A DNA stretch of 64,000 bases from Amoebidium appalachense (GCA_963693365.1 CAVNZM010000002.1:1364001-1428000), one strand, 5' to 3'. Counted from the stretch's first letter, positions 1 to 19,289 are shown. The notes: generated by a model not told the origin, from the letters alone. Program-made: numbers and translations.

Positions 1-306
1 CGGTGCACAAGTGTGGATAAGACTCGGTTTATCATGGAGCCACGAGACATCTTGTAGGAGTCGGGGGCCATATTTTCGGCACACCCCATTGCATTCAAAT
101 TTATTCCATGCAGGGCTATATACTGCCCTGCCATCACTTAAACACACAAACTCAGGCCCGGTCGAGTCCGTTTTCTAACACCTGTACACGATCGCAATTG
201 ACTTTCACCTGCCCACATTACATTCTTGCACTTAAATTTAAAAAACACACTCGCCACATGGAACGAGATGCACGGACATTGCACGCGTATACACACCCAC
301 GAATGT

Positions 307-1202
307 TTATGTGGGGCGGGGCTGGACCCAGTTCTGGGGCACTGGGCCAAAGTCCTCAACGATCTCACGGTGGCAGCTCCACACAAGGCGGATGGCCTCT
401 GCAGTGCCGATACCTGCAGGGGGGGAGCGCATGTTAGTGGTTTGTTGTCTTTCTGGGTGGAGATGCTTGGGGTGGAGAGAGATGTGACTTTCAAGGGCGT
501 GCGTGTGTTTATGTCTGTTTGTGGGTGTGGACTGGCAGGCAGGGGGCCAGGTCGATAGGGGATGGGCAGGTGGTGGTGATCGGAGGGGGGGGGGGGGGAG
601 GGGGATGCAATCCACAGACACCCGCATTTATAGGGAGAAGTCGCAGACTGGTGCACGGGGGGGGGGAGGGGGAGGTGGGAGGGAGGAATACACCGGGCAC
701 AAACACAGCGACAGCGGTAGAGGGCGGTGGGGTGGGTGGGGGGGGGGGGGGGAGGGGGGTTACACACCAGCACCGCGGGGATCGCCAGCAGGGCCGAACC
801 AGTGGTTCTGGGGGGCACCGGTGGTGCGGGCACGGGCACCGGCATATGTGGTGCCGTTGACGGTGTTGCCCAGCACCTGCTGCAGGAAGAAAATGTCGTT
901 GGACACCACGGCGGCAGTCAGGTGCGCCTCCATGCGCTCGAGCATGTCCAGAACAATCGGCAGCTGCTCGTGCTTGTACTCCGTCACAACCTGCATGGGG
1001 CAAAGGAGTAAGTATGTCTGCCCAAACAACTGGCACCTCCCCTCATTTCATCTCTTTTCGCCAATCAGTCCGTAACCCCCCCCCCCCCCCCCCCCCCCCC
1101 ACCCAAACACTAACCAAGGATTCACCCTCGACTGTCTGCCCTCGCTGTTACTTTGACGTTGACCTTAGTACTCTCTTCCTATTCTTGCAGTGCTCAACTG
1201 TG

Positions 1203-1238
<36 letters not shown>

Positions 1239-2145
1239 TTCACCCACCACCCCACCTCCCTGCGGTGCTCCAACCACCACAAAAATCCCACCATACACGT
1301 GCATACACACCTGGAAGGGCCCGAAAATTTCCGTCGTAACGAGGCCGAAGTTCTCGGGCTTGGCAGCCTCCTCCAGGGGCACAAACACGGCCGTGGGGCG
1401 CACGGCACCGTACTTCTTGGGGATGGTGTGGCCCGTCAGCTCCTTACCGCCCCACAGCAACTTGGCACCGGGGATCCTCAGAAGGGCGGCCGCGTGGCCG
1501 AGAATGTTCTCTGTGGTGTGTGACAGAACGGGGCCGACTGACAAGTCATCGAGAATGCGGGAATCAGCAAGCTTTCCGCAGCGCTCCAGAAGGTCGGTCT
1601 TTGCCCAGTTCTCGTGCACAAAGAGGATGCTCTCGGCACTGCACTTCTGGCCAGTAAGCGCATATGCGTCCTGGTCGCACTGCCATGCCACATACTCCAC
1701 GTTGGCCACATCGGGGCCCAGAATTTTCCAGTCGAAACCGGCATCCTCCACACGCACCTTGCCGTGTGTGACGGCTGCAAGCTGCTCAGCAACACCCGAG
1801 GAACCGGTGAACTGCAGAACGCGGGGCTTGGAGATCTTGATGAACTCACCGGCGGCACGGCCACCGCAGTTGAGGTAGTCTGGGGTTGGGAACGGCACAT
1901 GGTGATTAGTACATGTTATCAGTTTTTCGAATAGACCTTTATGATAAGGGTTAGGGGTGGGGGTAGGGGTTGGGAACGAAAGAGAAGGGGGGAGGTTCTT
2001 CAGCACCCAAATACCCGAGAGAAGGAATTGGAAAAGCGAGATGTAGAAGGGTAAATAACGGGGCCGGAATAGTGGCGAAGGGGGGGTCTTCACAAACTCA
2101 AAAAATCGAGCAAATAAAGTGGAGGACGAAGGAAAAAGGATGGGG

Positions 2146-2190
<45 letters not shown>

Positions 2191-2720
2191 GAAGGGCGGG
2201 GGAGCAAGGGAGGACAAGCAGGGGAGGGGGAGGGGAGGAGGAGGAGAACAGGGGGGAAGAGGGGGGGATACACACCAACATCAGTCTTAGGGACGCCGCA
2301 GTAGTGCATGAAGCGCAGCCACTGCTCAACGACTGCAGAGGTGGTGGAGGCGGTCTTGAGGTTGACCTTGTTGCCCATGTACAGCGCACCCATCAGCTGG
2401 AGCGCGGGAATCTCCAGGGGGAAGTTGAACGGCGCAATGATGGCAACAGGGCCAAACGGCCAGCGGAAGCCCTGGCTGCGCTGGCCAAGGTGGTTGCCGG
2501 AGTTGAAGAAGCCCCGGGCAAGGTAGCGCACGTTGTCGCCGCTGAAGTTCTCAAGGAACGTGCGGGAAACAACAACCTCGGCGCGGGCCTGGTCGTAATG
2601 CTTGGGGCACACGCGCTGGATCAGCTTGGTGAAGAACTCCTCAACCTGTCATTGAAGGGGGACCCAGGTTAGCCATAAAGAAGAGGTTGTCATAGCTCTC
2701 AACTGCCCTCCCGAGAGCCG

Positions 2721-2754
<34 letters not shown>

Positions 2755-3984
2755 ACTTCCCCCACCCCCTCCCCCCGGTTGCTCCTCTCCCCTCCTGCCC
2801 TCGTCTTGCCCCTGCCCCCTCCCCCCCTCCCTCCCCCCCCCCCCCCCCCCCCCCCCCCCCAAACACAGACACCCAAGCACACGCACACCACCACCAACAC
2901 CTACCCACCCCTGCTCCCCTACACCCATCCTTGCACCTGCCACACCTGCTCCCTCGAGTCCATGCCCACATACACATACGAAACCCCTTCTCTAACCCAT
3001 CTCACTTAGCCACCGACCTCCCCTCCCCTCCCACCCTTCTCCCCTCTGTTGGCCCCGTTGGTGCTCCCTTTCTTGAGAGGTTCAGTCTCTTCTCTGTTCA
3101 CAACCTTCCCCTTCTTAAACCCCCCCCCCCCCCCCACCCGCCCTTAAAAGCCTAGGAGAACAGCAGCTCACGCACACCTCGGGCTTGTGGAGCTCGGCAG
3201 CCATCTTGGCCGAAATAGCACCGTACATAACATAGCGGTCGGGGTTCTTGAAGGCATTGTGCAGACCAGACTTGGGGCAGCTGTTCAGCGACTTGACAAA
3301 GGGCTCGAGCTCATCCACACGGGTCTCGGGCATAATGATAAAGCCCTCACCGTTCATGGGGTCCACGATGGTTGTGGACTCCTGTGTGTGTAGAGGTGTG
3401 TGTGAGCCATAGGTTTAGCAGCTATTCCTACACCTATCAAAAACAAAAAAGAAAGTGTGGGTGAGGGTGGTGAGGGGCGGGAAGGTGGGGAAGGCAGGGG
3501 GGGGGGGGGGGGGTTGGAGGAGCGAGTATGAGAAGGGGGGGGAGGGAGAGGGATAGAAGAGAATAGGCGGCTACTATCAGGTGGTGGAAAAAGCAGACAA
3601 GAAGTTGCTACCCGTGAGTAGGACCAGACCTCAACATAACCGCTGTGAAATGTGCTAAGCCGAAAACACACAAGGGAGGCAATAGGCGGCCAAGCAGCTT
3701 CATATTTGAGTGGAAAACAACAATTTTACTTGCTGACTGCTAATAAGAAAGCGAGTGCCAAACCATCAAGTACCCTACGTCCACCGTATACTGTCAAACT
3801 TTCAGCTAGTTCCGGAGTGTTGCAGAGATCCGGTCACAGAAGGTAGATCACCGACCTTTGTGAGGCACCATTCGCCATTGACCAAGTTGTACAGCTGGGC
3901 CGGGTTCTTGCCGCTGATTGTGTAAGGATCAACGGTGGCCCAGGGGCAAAGCTCCTTGTTCAGAGAGGTGAATTGCTGAGGCAT
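307..3984 (-). CDS. ALDH12A1: Delta-1-pyrroline-5-carboxylate / glutamate-semialdehyde dehydrogenase, ALDH12 (plant/protist-type P5CDH), 6 exons
   Basis: Exons with GT-AG boundaries and consistent phase: 3984-3856, 3381-3178, 2645-2276, 1879-1311, 990-768, 413-307 (TAA). Motifs: WATVDP, LENFSGDNVRYLARGF, RWPFGPVAIIAPFNFPLEIP, FTGSS, EDAGFDWKILGPD, GQKCSA (catalytic Cys), TTEIFGPFQ, NGTTYAGARARTTGAPQNHWFGPAGDPRGAGIGT, WSCHREI. A possible extra in-frame 5' mini-exon lies at 4094-4076, spliced to an acceptor at 3999. Confidence 0.93.
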
Positions 3985-4139
3985 GTTGGCGTTTTGGGCT
4001 GCACAGGAACTAAAAAGCTAATGCAGCTGTCGAGTGCTTTTTGATGTCGATCGCAAGTTTTTTTTCTTTATATACCAGGGGGAGGCGGGCACATGCCAGA
4101 TATGGGGTAAATTTTTAAATCGTCAATACATGACCGTGA

Positions 4140-4800
4140 CTCCATTGGTCTTAACAATTCATATGTTTATCACATTATAGATAAGTTAGCAAGAAAAAGA
4201 ATTTAGACATAGTGTGTCATTTTATATGTGGCTTTAGGGCACGCCGAATATAATAACTTATTTCTAAGCTTTAAAATATCTTGAAGATCTGACAGTTGAC
4301 AAAAACTTAGTTTTACACCCTTTTATCAACAATACGAGCAATCTAGTCACCAAGAGCCTGATTGGCTATATCCGAACCCATATTTTTCCTCTTTTGTCAT
4401 TTAATTGGCGAAATATCATTATTAGCTAAGAACAGGTATGCGAAGCTCCTTTCGATATCTCAGACTATGATTTATAGCCAACCACACGCTGTTCACCGGC
4501 AAAACAAATTGTTGGCGGTGCCTTCCTATCATTGAAAATGTTTAGAAGACAAACATGCGTAAAATAAGGGGTCATTATGCTCTCTCGTGACAAAAATTGA
4601 TGAAAAAATTACATAAGTATTCGCCATGCCGCTGAGCCTGACATAATTCCGTGAGCCTGACTCACTGCGCAACATTTCCTATTGGCAGTTCAAAGGAGTC
4701 TGTGCAAGGTTCCAAATGGCGCAAAATGTTGCCACACAATCACAAAAGCGCCGAAGTCCGCCTGGTATGCCACTTTCTGATTGGTAGACGAAGGGCGGGC
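4140..4800. promoter_or_regulatory. AT-rich upstream region of the ALDH12 gene with several CCAAT/ATTGG boxes
   Basis: ATTGG motifs near 4144, 4361, 4405, 4681 and 4780 and a GGGCGG near 4793, in microsatellite-free sequence just 5' of the gene start. Confidence 0.4.
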
Positions 4801-5810
4801 ACCCAGTCCCACAGTCAGGCGGGTTTTCACCCGCTTGGGCTGGCACTGGTCACACGTGCCACCGGATATGACGGCCCGCTAGTCAGTTGATCCGTGTTTT
4901 CCTCGCGAGACAAAACAGGTTGTCTAGGGCATAGGAGGGCATACCCATACCAGTCAAACCGACTGTCAAGCATGCACTGAATGAACCATGGTTTTGTGCT
5001 CTGTTTTGATTATTTGTTGTCAGAGTTAAACCCACACCCCTTTCCCTTCTATCCTTCCCTCGTGGCTTATACCGACTCAATCACATCGTCATATGCGCAT
5101 GGCCCAACGAGGATCCTGAGGGACCATGACCTGCCCTTCGTCATAGTCTGTGCTTTGAAGTATAGTAACTTTTTCACGTAGTTAATCTTAATTTTTTCTT
5201 CTTTTTGCGAAACGGGCCGTGCTAGGCCTTAGACTGTGTTAACCTGTTTCTCATTGTCGAATAAAGAAGTTGTGTGTGATAGAGTGTGTGATAGGGTCGT
5301 GGAGGCTTGTCGAGAATGATTACCACCCAGGTGCGTTTGGTTTAGTAACTCCCGCGCTTTGTGGGGGAGGAGGGAAGGGGGGAGGGTGGCTTTACCGGCT
5401 GAAGATCAACGGAGAGGGAAGACAAAGCTTCCATCGCCCTGACGTCACAGCCCCGTCATATACATATCTCATGTTCATTATCCACAGTGGCATACACTTC
5501 TCAGCGGAGGGTCACACACATTCACATAGGGATCCTTCCCCCCCCCCCCCCCCCCCCTCGCACACACACACACACACGCGGAGGCGTGCCTCCCCCCAGA
5601 TGCATACCCTTTTTTGTGTGCTTTGCAATCTGCAGTGTGTTTTCTGTCCTGAGCTTTCGCACCCTGTAATGCATTCCCCCCCCCCCCCCCCCCCCTCTGC
5701 TCCGCCCCCCCTAACCCCCCCTCCCCCCTTCCCCCCTTACACACACACTCATAACCCCCTCCTCCCCCCCGCGCCCCCCATCCCCTTTTCTCGCTCCCTC
5801 CTCCCCCTCC

Positions 5811-5915
5811 ATGTTTGACATGGTCTTTCAAACTCCTATTCCCCTGCCCCCTCTTGCCCCTTCCTCTGCGAGCACCCCTCCCAGCAGTGTGCTGCGCCCA
5901 TTTGTTTCGTGTGCA

Positions 5916-5954
<39 letters not shown>

Positions 5955-6087
5955 CCCCGCCCCTCCCCCCTCCCCCCTGCTTTTATGTTTGACATGGTCT
6001 TTCAAACTCCTATTCCCCTGCCCCCTCTTGCCCCTTCCTCTGCAAGCACCCCTCCAAGCAGTGTGCTGCACTCATTGTTTCGTGTGC

Positions 6088-6090
<3 letters not shown>
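5811..6090 (+). repeat. Tandem duplication, 2 copies about 175 bp apart
   Basis: ATGTTTGACATGGTCTTTCAAACTCCTATTCCCCTGCCCCCTCTTGCCCCTTCCTCTGC-AGCACCCCTCC-AGCAGTGTGCTGC recurs at 5811 and about 5986, separated by a poly-C tract. Confidence 0.85.
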
Positions 6091-6124
<34 letters not shown>

Positions 6125-7016
6125 CTTTATGAGCACAGTCGGCTACTACGGCACCCGACCTATGTCTAGACCTCTACTATCATTTGGGATGTCGTAGGAA
6201 CCTTGATCCTGCTGATTCCTTCCCACTTTGCTCCCCCCCCCCCCTTCCTCCACCTGCATCGTGTTGTCCATCATGAATATGTACTCGCACTCTGCAGCAC
6301 AAAAGAAAACCCCTTCCCCCCGGCTGCAATTGTGCTGAAGTCTAACCCTTGTGATTGGCTAATAGGTTATTTGCAAGCAAATAATCTGGTAAAATTATGT
6401 GGCTTTTCATAACTAATTGGACCATTATGTGCACACTTTGAGACTTGTATTAACCTGGATTTTTCCCCCCTAAATCATATGTCACACACTTCCCAAACAC
6501 TGCCTTATTTGCATGCACTTACTTGATGTATTCTTTCCCCTTTCTTGGACCCAAGATTTGAAATCTTCACACAACACACTTTTTTTACCCCCTTCCCACC
6601 CCCACCCCACAACTTTCCCGGGTGCCCCGCCGGCCGCCCCGGGTACTGTGGATAGCTGAGTGCCCTCTCATAGCAGGGTTTACTCTTTTTGCTCTCTCGC
6701 TCTCGCGCCCCCCCCCCCCCCCCCCCCCTCCCCCCTTCCCCTTCCCCTTCCCCATCTCTCCCTCCCTCTCCCCCTTTTCCTCCCCCCCACACCCTCCCCA
6801 CTCCCCCCTTCCCTCTTCTCTCTCGGTATTTAAGCAGGAACGTCTGAATGTGTACTGTTACTCAGGTAACACATTATAACCTCGGTTGTTTTCTGTTTGT
6901 TTTGCATACTACGAATGGTTGAATGTTGCATACTTCCACGTTTGCTTTTGCATACCGTTCTGTGTCCTGTGGCGACCCTGCACTGTGCTTTTCATCGTGC
7001 CCTGCTCCACATCTGA

Positions 7017-7048
<32 letters not shown>

Positions 7049-7338
7049 TGCCTGTGAATTCGTACTCTGTAGTGCATTCTACCCCCCCCCCCCCCCCCCT
7101 TCTCCCAAAAAAAAAAAAAAAAAAAAAAGTTCACACACGTGCACACACATACACAAACACCCACTGATCCCGAATCCCCAGAAAATGGCCGACATCTTCC
7201 AGCTCCTTTTCTTCCCCTTGCTAGTCTCCTGCCCCCCCTTCCCCCCCCCCCCCCCCCCCCCCCCCCCCACACACACACACCTCTCCCCATTCCCCTCATG
7301 TCGTCCCTCCGGGGGGGAGGGCCATGGGGAGTAGGGGG

Positions 7339-7387
<49 letters not shown>

Positions 7388-7506
7388 CGTGGGGGGGGGG
7401 GGGGGGGGGGGGGAGGGGGGGTAGGTGTGTGTGTGCGTGCGCGTGTGTGTGCGTGTGTGCGTGTGCGTGTAGTCTGTGTGCGTGTGCGTGTGTGTTTTTG
7501 GTTGGG

Positions 7507-7537
<31 letters not shown>

Positions 7538-7814
7538 AGGGGGGAGGGCTTGAGATCTCGAGCCATGCCTGAGTCCGGAGATAACCGAGCCGTTGCTGGG
7601 GCGGAAGCTCGGGTGCAAATGCCGTACATTTGTGTGGAAGTGAGAGAGAGGCGTACCGTCAAAGGACGATAATGAGGAGAAATGGTAGGTGGTCAATAAT
7701 AAGAACGGGCAGATTAAAGTGGTTTGGACACGGTGTGTGGCCTGTTAAAGTTTCGACTTTCAAGTTCTTGTGTAGGTTTATGCATGTGTGCGTGCGTGTG
7801 TGTGTGTGCGTGCT

Positions 7815-7854
<40 letters not shown>

Positions 7855-7863
7855 GGGGCGGGT

Positions 7864-7895
<32 letters not shown>

Positions 7896-8247
7896 AGGGG
7901 GGGGAGGGGAATTCGGAGTGCTAACTAGATTAGTAAACTACAATACGGGTCGCACCAACGCTGGAAGTTGCGATTATTTATTGCCATCTCTGTGCCCACC
8001 ATCCTGTTTGCTTGCTGGAGCGGTTCAGTGACGACAGCAGATTGAAGGGTATTGGTGCAAGGGTGAAAATTGAAACTTGCGCCTCCACCCAGCTATGGGG
8101 GCATGGGCACGTTATTTGGAACATAAAGACGGAAAGGAGCTGGAGAGGCAGAGAGAATATGAGGTGACCCCTGAAGTGGGTGTTCAAGGTCAAAGTCTCC
8201 ACATAGAAGACAGACAGACAGGACCCCTACCAGAGTGTGTACTGTAC

Positions 8248-8760
8248 TAGGGTCCGGTCTAAATGGACGTCACTAATTGCGATCTGGGCCAAGCATCTGG
8301 GCAGGCTGGGCCGCCGCGGGGCCGAAGATGTATGACCACTTGAATGACCAAGTGAAAGTTTTCTTCTCTCTGTAACTAATTGCTAGTTACCAACATAGGG
8401 TAAACAAGAAACAGAAGAGCGTATGCGTTCTGTATAAAGGATTTCTGCTCCCAAACTGGCGGCCGGTGGACGATCTTTAACTTTGCGAAGTTCCTGTTGG
8501 GTGGTGGTCAAACATGGGCGGAAGTTGTCAGATCATTGCAAGACGGCAGCAACAGCCGAGAACAAGCTATGGCCCACACCCACAGAGCCAAAGCGGTCGT
8601 GAGGAAATTTTGCGGAAAGCAAGAGATGCTTTTAGCGGAGTGATCTTGCAGAAGTTCTAGGGGTGTGGTACACTAATCTGTGCGAGTCATGTGGGTGTGT
8701 GTGTCCATCTGCGTGTGTGTGTGTTTGTGTGTCTGCGTTTGTGTGTTTGTGTGTGTCACA

Positions 8761-8821
<61 letters not shown>

Positions 8822-8919
8822 TGTGTTTGTCTGTGTATGTACGTGTGTGTGTGTGTGTGCGCGCGCGCTTGTGTGTGTGTGTGTGTGTGTGTTTGTTTGT
8901 GCCAGCGTGTGTCGTACGG

Positions 8920-8957
<38 letters not shown>

Positions 8958-9200
8958 TGTGTGTGTGTGTGTGTGTGTGCCTTGTGGGTGTGGGTGTGTG
9001 TGCGCGCACAGTGTATCTGGCGTGCACACACGTACACGCATGAAGCACGGTGCTTTAGATCTAGAGAGGGGAGGAAAGGAGAGGGAAGGCCTTTGGCTAC
9101 AGAGCTTAAGTGAGGTTGTTTTGCGGCAAGTGAGAGACCATCTTTAGCCAGAGTGAACTAGATCTTGCAAAGAATCTAGGGTTGTGTGCACTGCTGTACC

Positions 9201-9251
<51 letters not shown>

Positions 9252-11246
9252 ATGTGCGTGTGCGCGTGTGTCTGTGTGTGTACGGTGTGTGGGTGGGTGG
9301 GTGGGTGTGGGTGGGAGGTGTGGGTTGGTGTGTGTGGGTGGGTGTCGGTGTGCACACGGTGTGTGTGTGTGTGTGTGCGCGCGCGCGCAGTGTGTGAGTG
9401 AGTGTGTGTGTGTGTGGCCCGGGGTGGGTGGGTGTGGGTGTGTGTGTGTGTCGCACTGTGTGTGCGCGCAGTGTGCCGTAGCATGCACACAAGTACTAAT
9501 AAAATCATGGCGCTGTAGATCTAGAGGAGAGGGAAGGAAAGGGAGTGGAGGGGCCTGAGGGAAAGATAGATGCCGATGCCTGGGGCGGAGGGGCAGGCTG
9601 GGGAGGGAGGGTGTTTGGGGGGGGGGGGGGTAGGGGGGGAGAGGGGGGGGGAAGGGGAGGGGTAAGGCGGATGGTCACTCGAGATCAGCTCCTACACAGT
9701 TCATGGACAATTGTTTTTGCTCTTTAGTTCTACCTGCAGGTAGAAAGCGTAAAGGTCTACATAAAAAGAACGTGGAACCAGAGCGCTTAGACCATGTGGT
9801 TCCCGTCAGATGGGGTTCTGCTGCGCATGGATGATCAGATATTCGGCGCAGTTGAACGTGGGCTGGCAGGCCCTTAGTTATGTTCTAGGCTCAAAATATT
9901 CCCAACACGGTGGTGTTTTCATGCAATGCCAGCTTGATCGTGTCATTGGATGGGGAAGCGGAGTGGTCAAGGGAAAGAGGGGGAGGGGGGGGGGGGGTAG
10001 AGAGGAGCCATCACCGTGAACAGTATCAAGGCTAAGCTGTGCATCGATGTTTGGTTGTTTGTGTACGTAATTAAGCCATACTTTCCTTATTATTCAATAT
10101 TACTGTTTTTTTTCATAGTTTTTTTCTTTCTTTCTTTCTTTTTTTTTTTTTTTTTTGGGGGGGGGGGGGGAGGGGAGACGGGGGGGAAGAGAGAAGAAGT
10201 AAAAGTGGGGCGGCAGGGGGAGAAAGGGGGGCAGCGGGGGGGGAAGGCGGGAGAGAGAGAGAGAGGAGGGGGAGAGGAGGAGGGGGGGGGGGGGGGGAGG
10301 GGGGAGAGTGTTGGTTCGGTGCCCGTGGGGGAGGGGGGGAGGGGGAGGGGGGAGGAACTGTTTAGGCAGTCAAAATGCCAGGTTTACACTGTGTAGCGAA
10401 GAAGGAGCTTACAGCAATAGAGGAGGGGGAAGGAAGGGAACGAGGCGGAAAGTGAGGAGGGGGAAGAGAGAGAAAGATTGCCGGGGGGGGGGGGGGGAGG
10501 GGGAGGGGGTGGGGGGGAGGGGGGGGGGGGGGGGGGGGGGGTTACTTTCTCCACACCCTCTGGCTGCAAACTTGTCAGGGCAACACGAGTCATAGACTTA
10601 ACAGTAACTGAACTGGGATTTTCTGTAACACGATTCTTTCAAATTCAGCAAGTCTCTGGTCCTCCTCGCTTTGCGCGCTATAGAAGCGCTTCTCGTGGCT
10701 TTCAACCTGCTCATTATGGCGTTCTCGCCGCTTCTATTCTCAGTTGTTTTTCTCGCTGTGTTAAGAGAGGAACTGCACTATTGTACCCATATACGGGGAC
10801 TGCTTCTCTACCCCATTAAAACCCTACTTCTTGCCTTGAACCTGCCCACAATTTACTCTATATATTTTTTTTGGTAACACTAACATGTCAACACTTTCGC
10901 TGGCGTGTAGAAGTTCTGCTAACTCTCGTGTTTGGTTTGCAACCTATGACTCCATGCAGAACTTTATGCAACGCTGCACTTGCAGCATCTAAAGCAAAGG
11001 TCGCTAACTAGCAACTTAAGATTGTTAGATGGTTAAAACTTTTTTTCTTAGCGAGAACACCTTCTAACTCCGTAATGACCGTAGGCCCTCGCCGGCAGGC
11101 TCTCCCTACTACCGTACGTTTTTCGTTTTGGGGTCAACATGTTCCTGCCAGCTCCTGCCAGCAACAATCACGTAACTTTCGCGCCAAAATGCTTGGCCCA
11201 GATGCCGATCTGGGCCGCATTGTGACGTCATTTAGACCGGACCCTA
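8248..11246. mobile_element. Non-autonomous TIR DNA transposon (hAT-like, TAGGG termini, 7-bp TSD)
   Basis: Left end TAGGGTCCGGTCTAAATGGACGTCAC (8248) is the inverse of right end GTGACGTCATTTAGACCGGACCCTA (ends 11246). Subterminal inverted motif GATCTGGGCCAAGCAT (8281) / ATGCTTGGCCCAGATG (11189). Flanked by direct repeat ACTGTAC (8241-8247 and 11247-11253). No transposase ORF; interior is microsatellite-filled with an internal duplication of about 500 bp. Confidence 0.85.
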
Positions 11247-12236
11247 ACTGTACACAAGAGCGGAAGGGCACCATGGATTTCGGTGATATCATGATTTTTG
11301 ATTCCTCGCTGATTGGAAAAGAAAATTTCTAAGGGCCAGCATGTTCTCTCGATATTTTCTATCAACATATCGACCTAAATAGTTATAAGTTCATATGAAC
11401 TTCATTTTATATAGTAACTAATAATAAAGTACTATTATAAATTCTATCTTTAGACAGCTTAAATTTAAAATATAACAAATTTTTGTGTTGTTTTAGAATA
11501 TACGCGGCGCACGAAGCTCTGTACCAACTGCTAGACGAAGCACCTCAGTGATTGGTAAAAAGTCAAGGTTAAATACCTCTCAAATTCCTCGTTCTATGAC
11601 ACCCAATCATATGCAAGAACATTAATACAAATACACGGTACAGAATTTGCTGCATAACAAACACGTAAAAATATAACTCAATTGAGGTCTCATGCGAGGG
11701 GTTTATAGCACAACATTATGTCAATAAACGAGCATCAACTTATTTTGTTTGTTTTTTACTTTCCGTTTCTTTGATAAAGAGCGACGAAACGTTTTATTGC
11801 CGAAGCACCCCGGATTCAAATTTCGCATCTCGAGTAGGACCTGTTTGAGTAGATCGCATTTTGATTGGTTGCCAGCTATTTCTATTTCCAAATTGGTTGA
11901 TACAAACGTTCAGGCCTCAATTGCCACCCAACCCGTTTGTTTGCACCTGCGAAGCTCCTTATTTTTCGAAACTTCGCCCCAGGTCAATGGATTATAAGTT
12001 TACTGAGCCGGAGAGGGTATGATATCTTTTTGCTGGATTTGGAGAGCAGCCCAAGGCTTGAGAATTATATCTCAGTTTTTTATTCACTCGTCCCCTTCCC
12101 CCCCTTATTTTGCAGGAGGGATAGACCTTAGAGGAGCCTAAGATTTAGAGCATGTTGGAACTGTAAGGGAGTGGCAAGCTCAAATCTCGTTTGAGCGTGT
12201 GCACGGGGTCTGCTTAGCAGCCCCAGTTACACCACA

Positions 12237-17502
<5,266 letters not shown>

Positions 17503-19289
17503 TTGTGGCGTGATGTATGTGTGTGTGTGCCTATGGAGAGGCAGGGGAGGGTAGGGATTGGTTGTTTATGGGGATTGAATTTGTGTTATTAGGGCTGGTA
17601 TTCTTGTGTGGTGTCGGGCCTTTCTGTTATTTCAAAATATTTGGTAAATTTGAAATATATTCAAACGGCTGTCCAGGTTATAGCTCTCTCCACCTTGATA
17701 GCTTAGATAGTAAAGCCTGACCTTCTAACAATTGCAAACGTTTAGTCTTGTGATTATTGCTTACTCGTAATAATGTTTAGGCAGTCCCTTATTTTAGTAA
17801 TTCATGTGACATGACTTTTTGATGATTATTACTAGCATTGGGTTGAAGTGTGTGTTTGGTGTCTTGGTACCGGTGGTGGGTGCATGGAAGTTACAGTTCT
17901 GTACATACGTGCAGTGCCACTGCTTTGCTTGGTTTCGGGATATTTTTCAAAGTTTGAACATTGATTGAGGTTTCAACTCGGGCTGGTAGGCTACTTTTGT
18001 TGTTTCATCCTTGGTTTGTTTAGGACAGGGCCGTGGACGTGGATCCACCCATCTATGATGCATTCAATAAACCTGATGAAGCCTTACTGCCCTAGCACTG
18101 CCGGAACCCCGTGTTTTTTGCGACTACTAATTTTTAGCTCAACAGATCCATGGATGTTACTGCTGCAGATGCAATGAATGATTCAGGCTATACATATTAG
18201 CCAAGTGCCGCTGTACCGAGGCTGGCAAGGCCCCCGCTACGGGGCCTTGGTACAGTACAGCCGCCACACTGTCACCATGCCACGGTGTAAAGAAGGGTGT
18301 AACGGCGTAATACACATCAGCATCTCGACATGCAGGTGTGCTAGCGCTACATAGTGTAACCGTACGCGTGCACGGCATATTCAATCGCGTCTACATTGCT
18401 TTCCATAATTTTGCATCCACCTTATTTCGCCATACCGAGGTGATCACGTGCGTTCCGTGTGAGCTCTGGCTGGCACTTTGAGCCCGAGGGCCGAGCTCAG
18501 TCGATCGAGGACTCCGGGCAGTCAGTCGAACCACATACACGCCTGCATACATGTACGTACTGTACGTGAAGGAATGTCTTGTTTACGATTTGAGGGTTCA
18601 TGATTGGCTTACACAGCACCTCCAGCGGGTTCCTATTGGCTGGCTCACTACATCATGAGCCTTCGCTTGTCTCAGGGGCTTTTTGATTTCTCTAAACCTG
18701 TTGGTGTGGGTTGCGTGAATGCATGTTTTTTTCTCTTGACTGGGATTTATTGATCAGTGGTCCAGTGATATGAAGGCAACGTGCAGCCACAGGCTACATG
18801 ACCACCAAAATAACCGACTTCGAAAGAGCCACAGCGATGAAATAAAGAATAAAACAACAAGTGACCAAATCAATAATTTCATATGTAAAATAATTTCATA
18901 CATTAAGTTTGTGACTGTATTTAGCTCACGAGTATCAAATAAAGATTTAGAAGTAGAAAATTTTTTCTCTGTTTTATATTTTGGTTTGTCATCTATCTAA
19001 AGCAAATGGTAACGGAGTTTTTTTTGCAAGCTTAGCTAATACTTTTGAGAACGGAAATTTGGAATTGTAGTTGTAGGTGATTCTAGTTTTCACCTCTCCT
19101 CCAATAGGAACAGAGGGGCTCTATGCAAGGAATGTGACTGATGTCAACACCAGATCTGGGGCTTGACCACGGCTTCTCTGAGTGTGACTATGTGTCCCTT
19201 CGTAGGTGACTTCAGCAGTACACATTTTCACAGTACAGAAAGTTGAAACCTATTTCACATACAAAGGAAGACGAGTATAAAGAGAGAGA

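Noticed and set aside
1194-2612. 472-aa ORF as a single-exon gene
   Set aside because: It is ALDH12 exons 3 and 4 read through an in-frame, stop-free intron (2275-1880) with canonical GT-AG ends.
7920-11292. A gene interrupted by the 8248-11246 transposon (the rejoined flanks give a short open frame ..ARYLEHKDGKELERQREYEV..VLYTRAEGHHGFR*)
   Set aside because: The frame is short, with no recognisable motif or convincing splice context.
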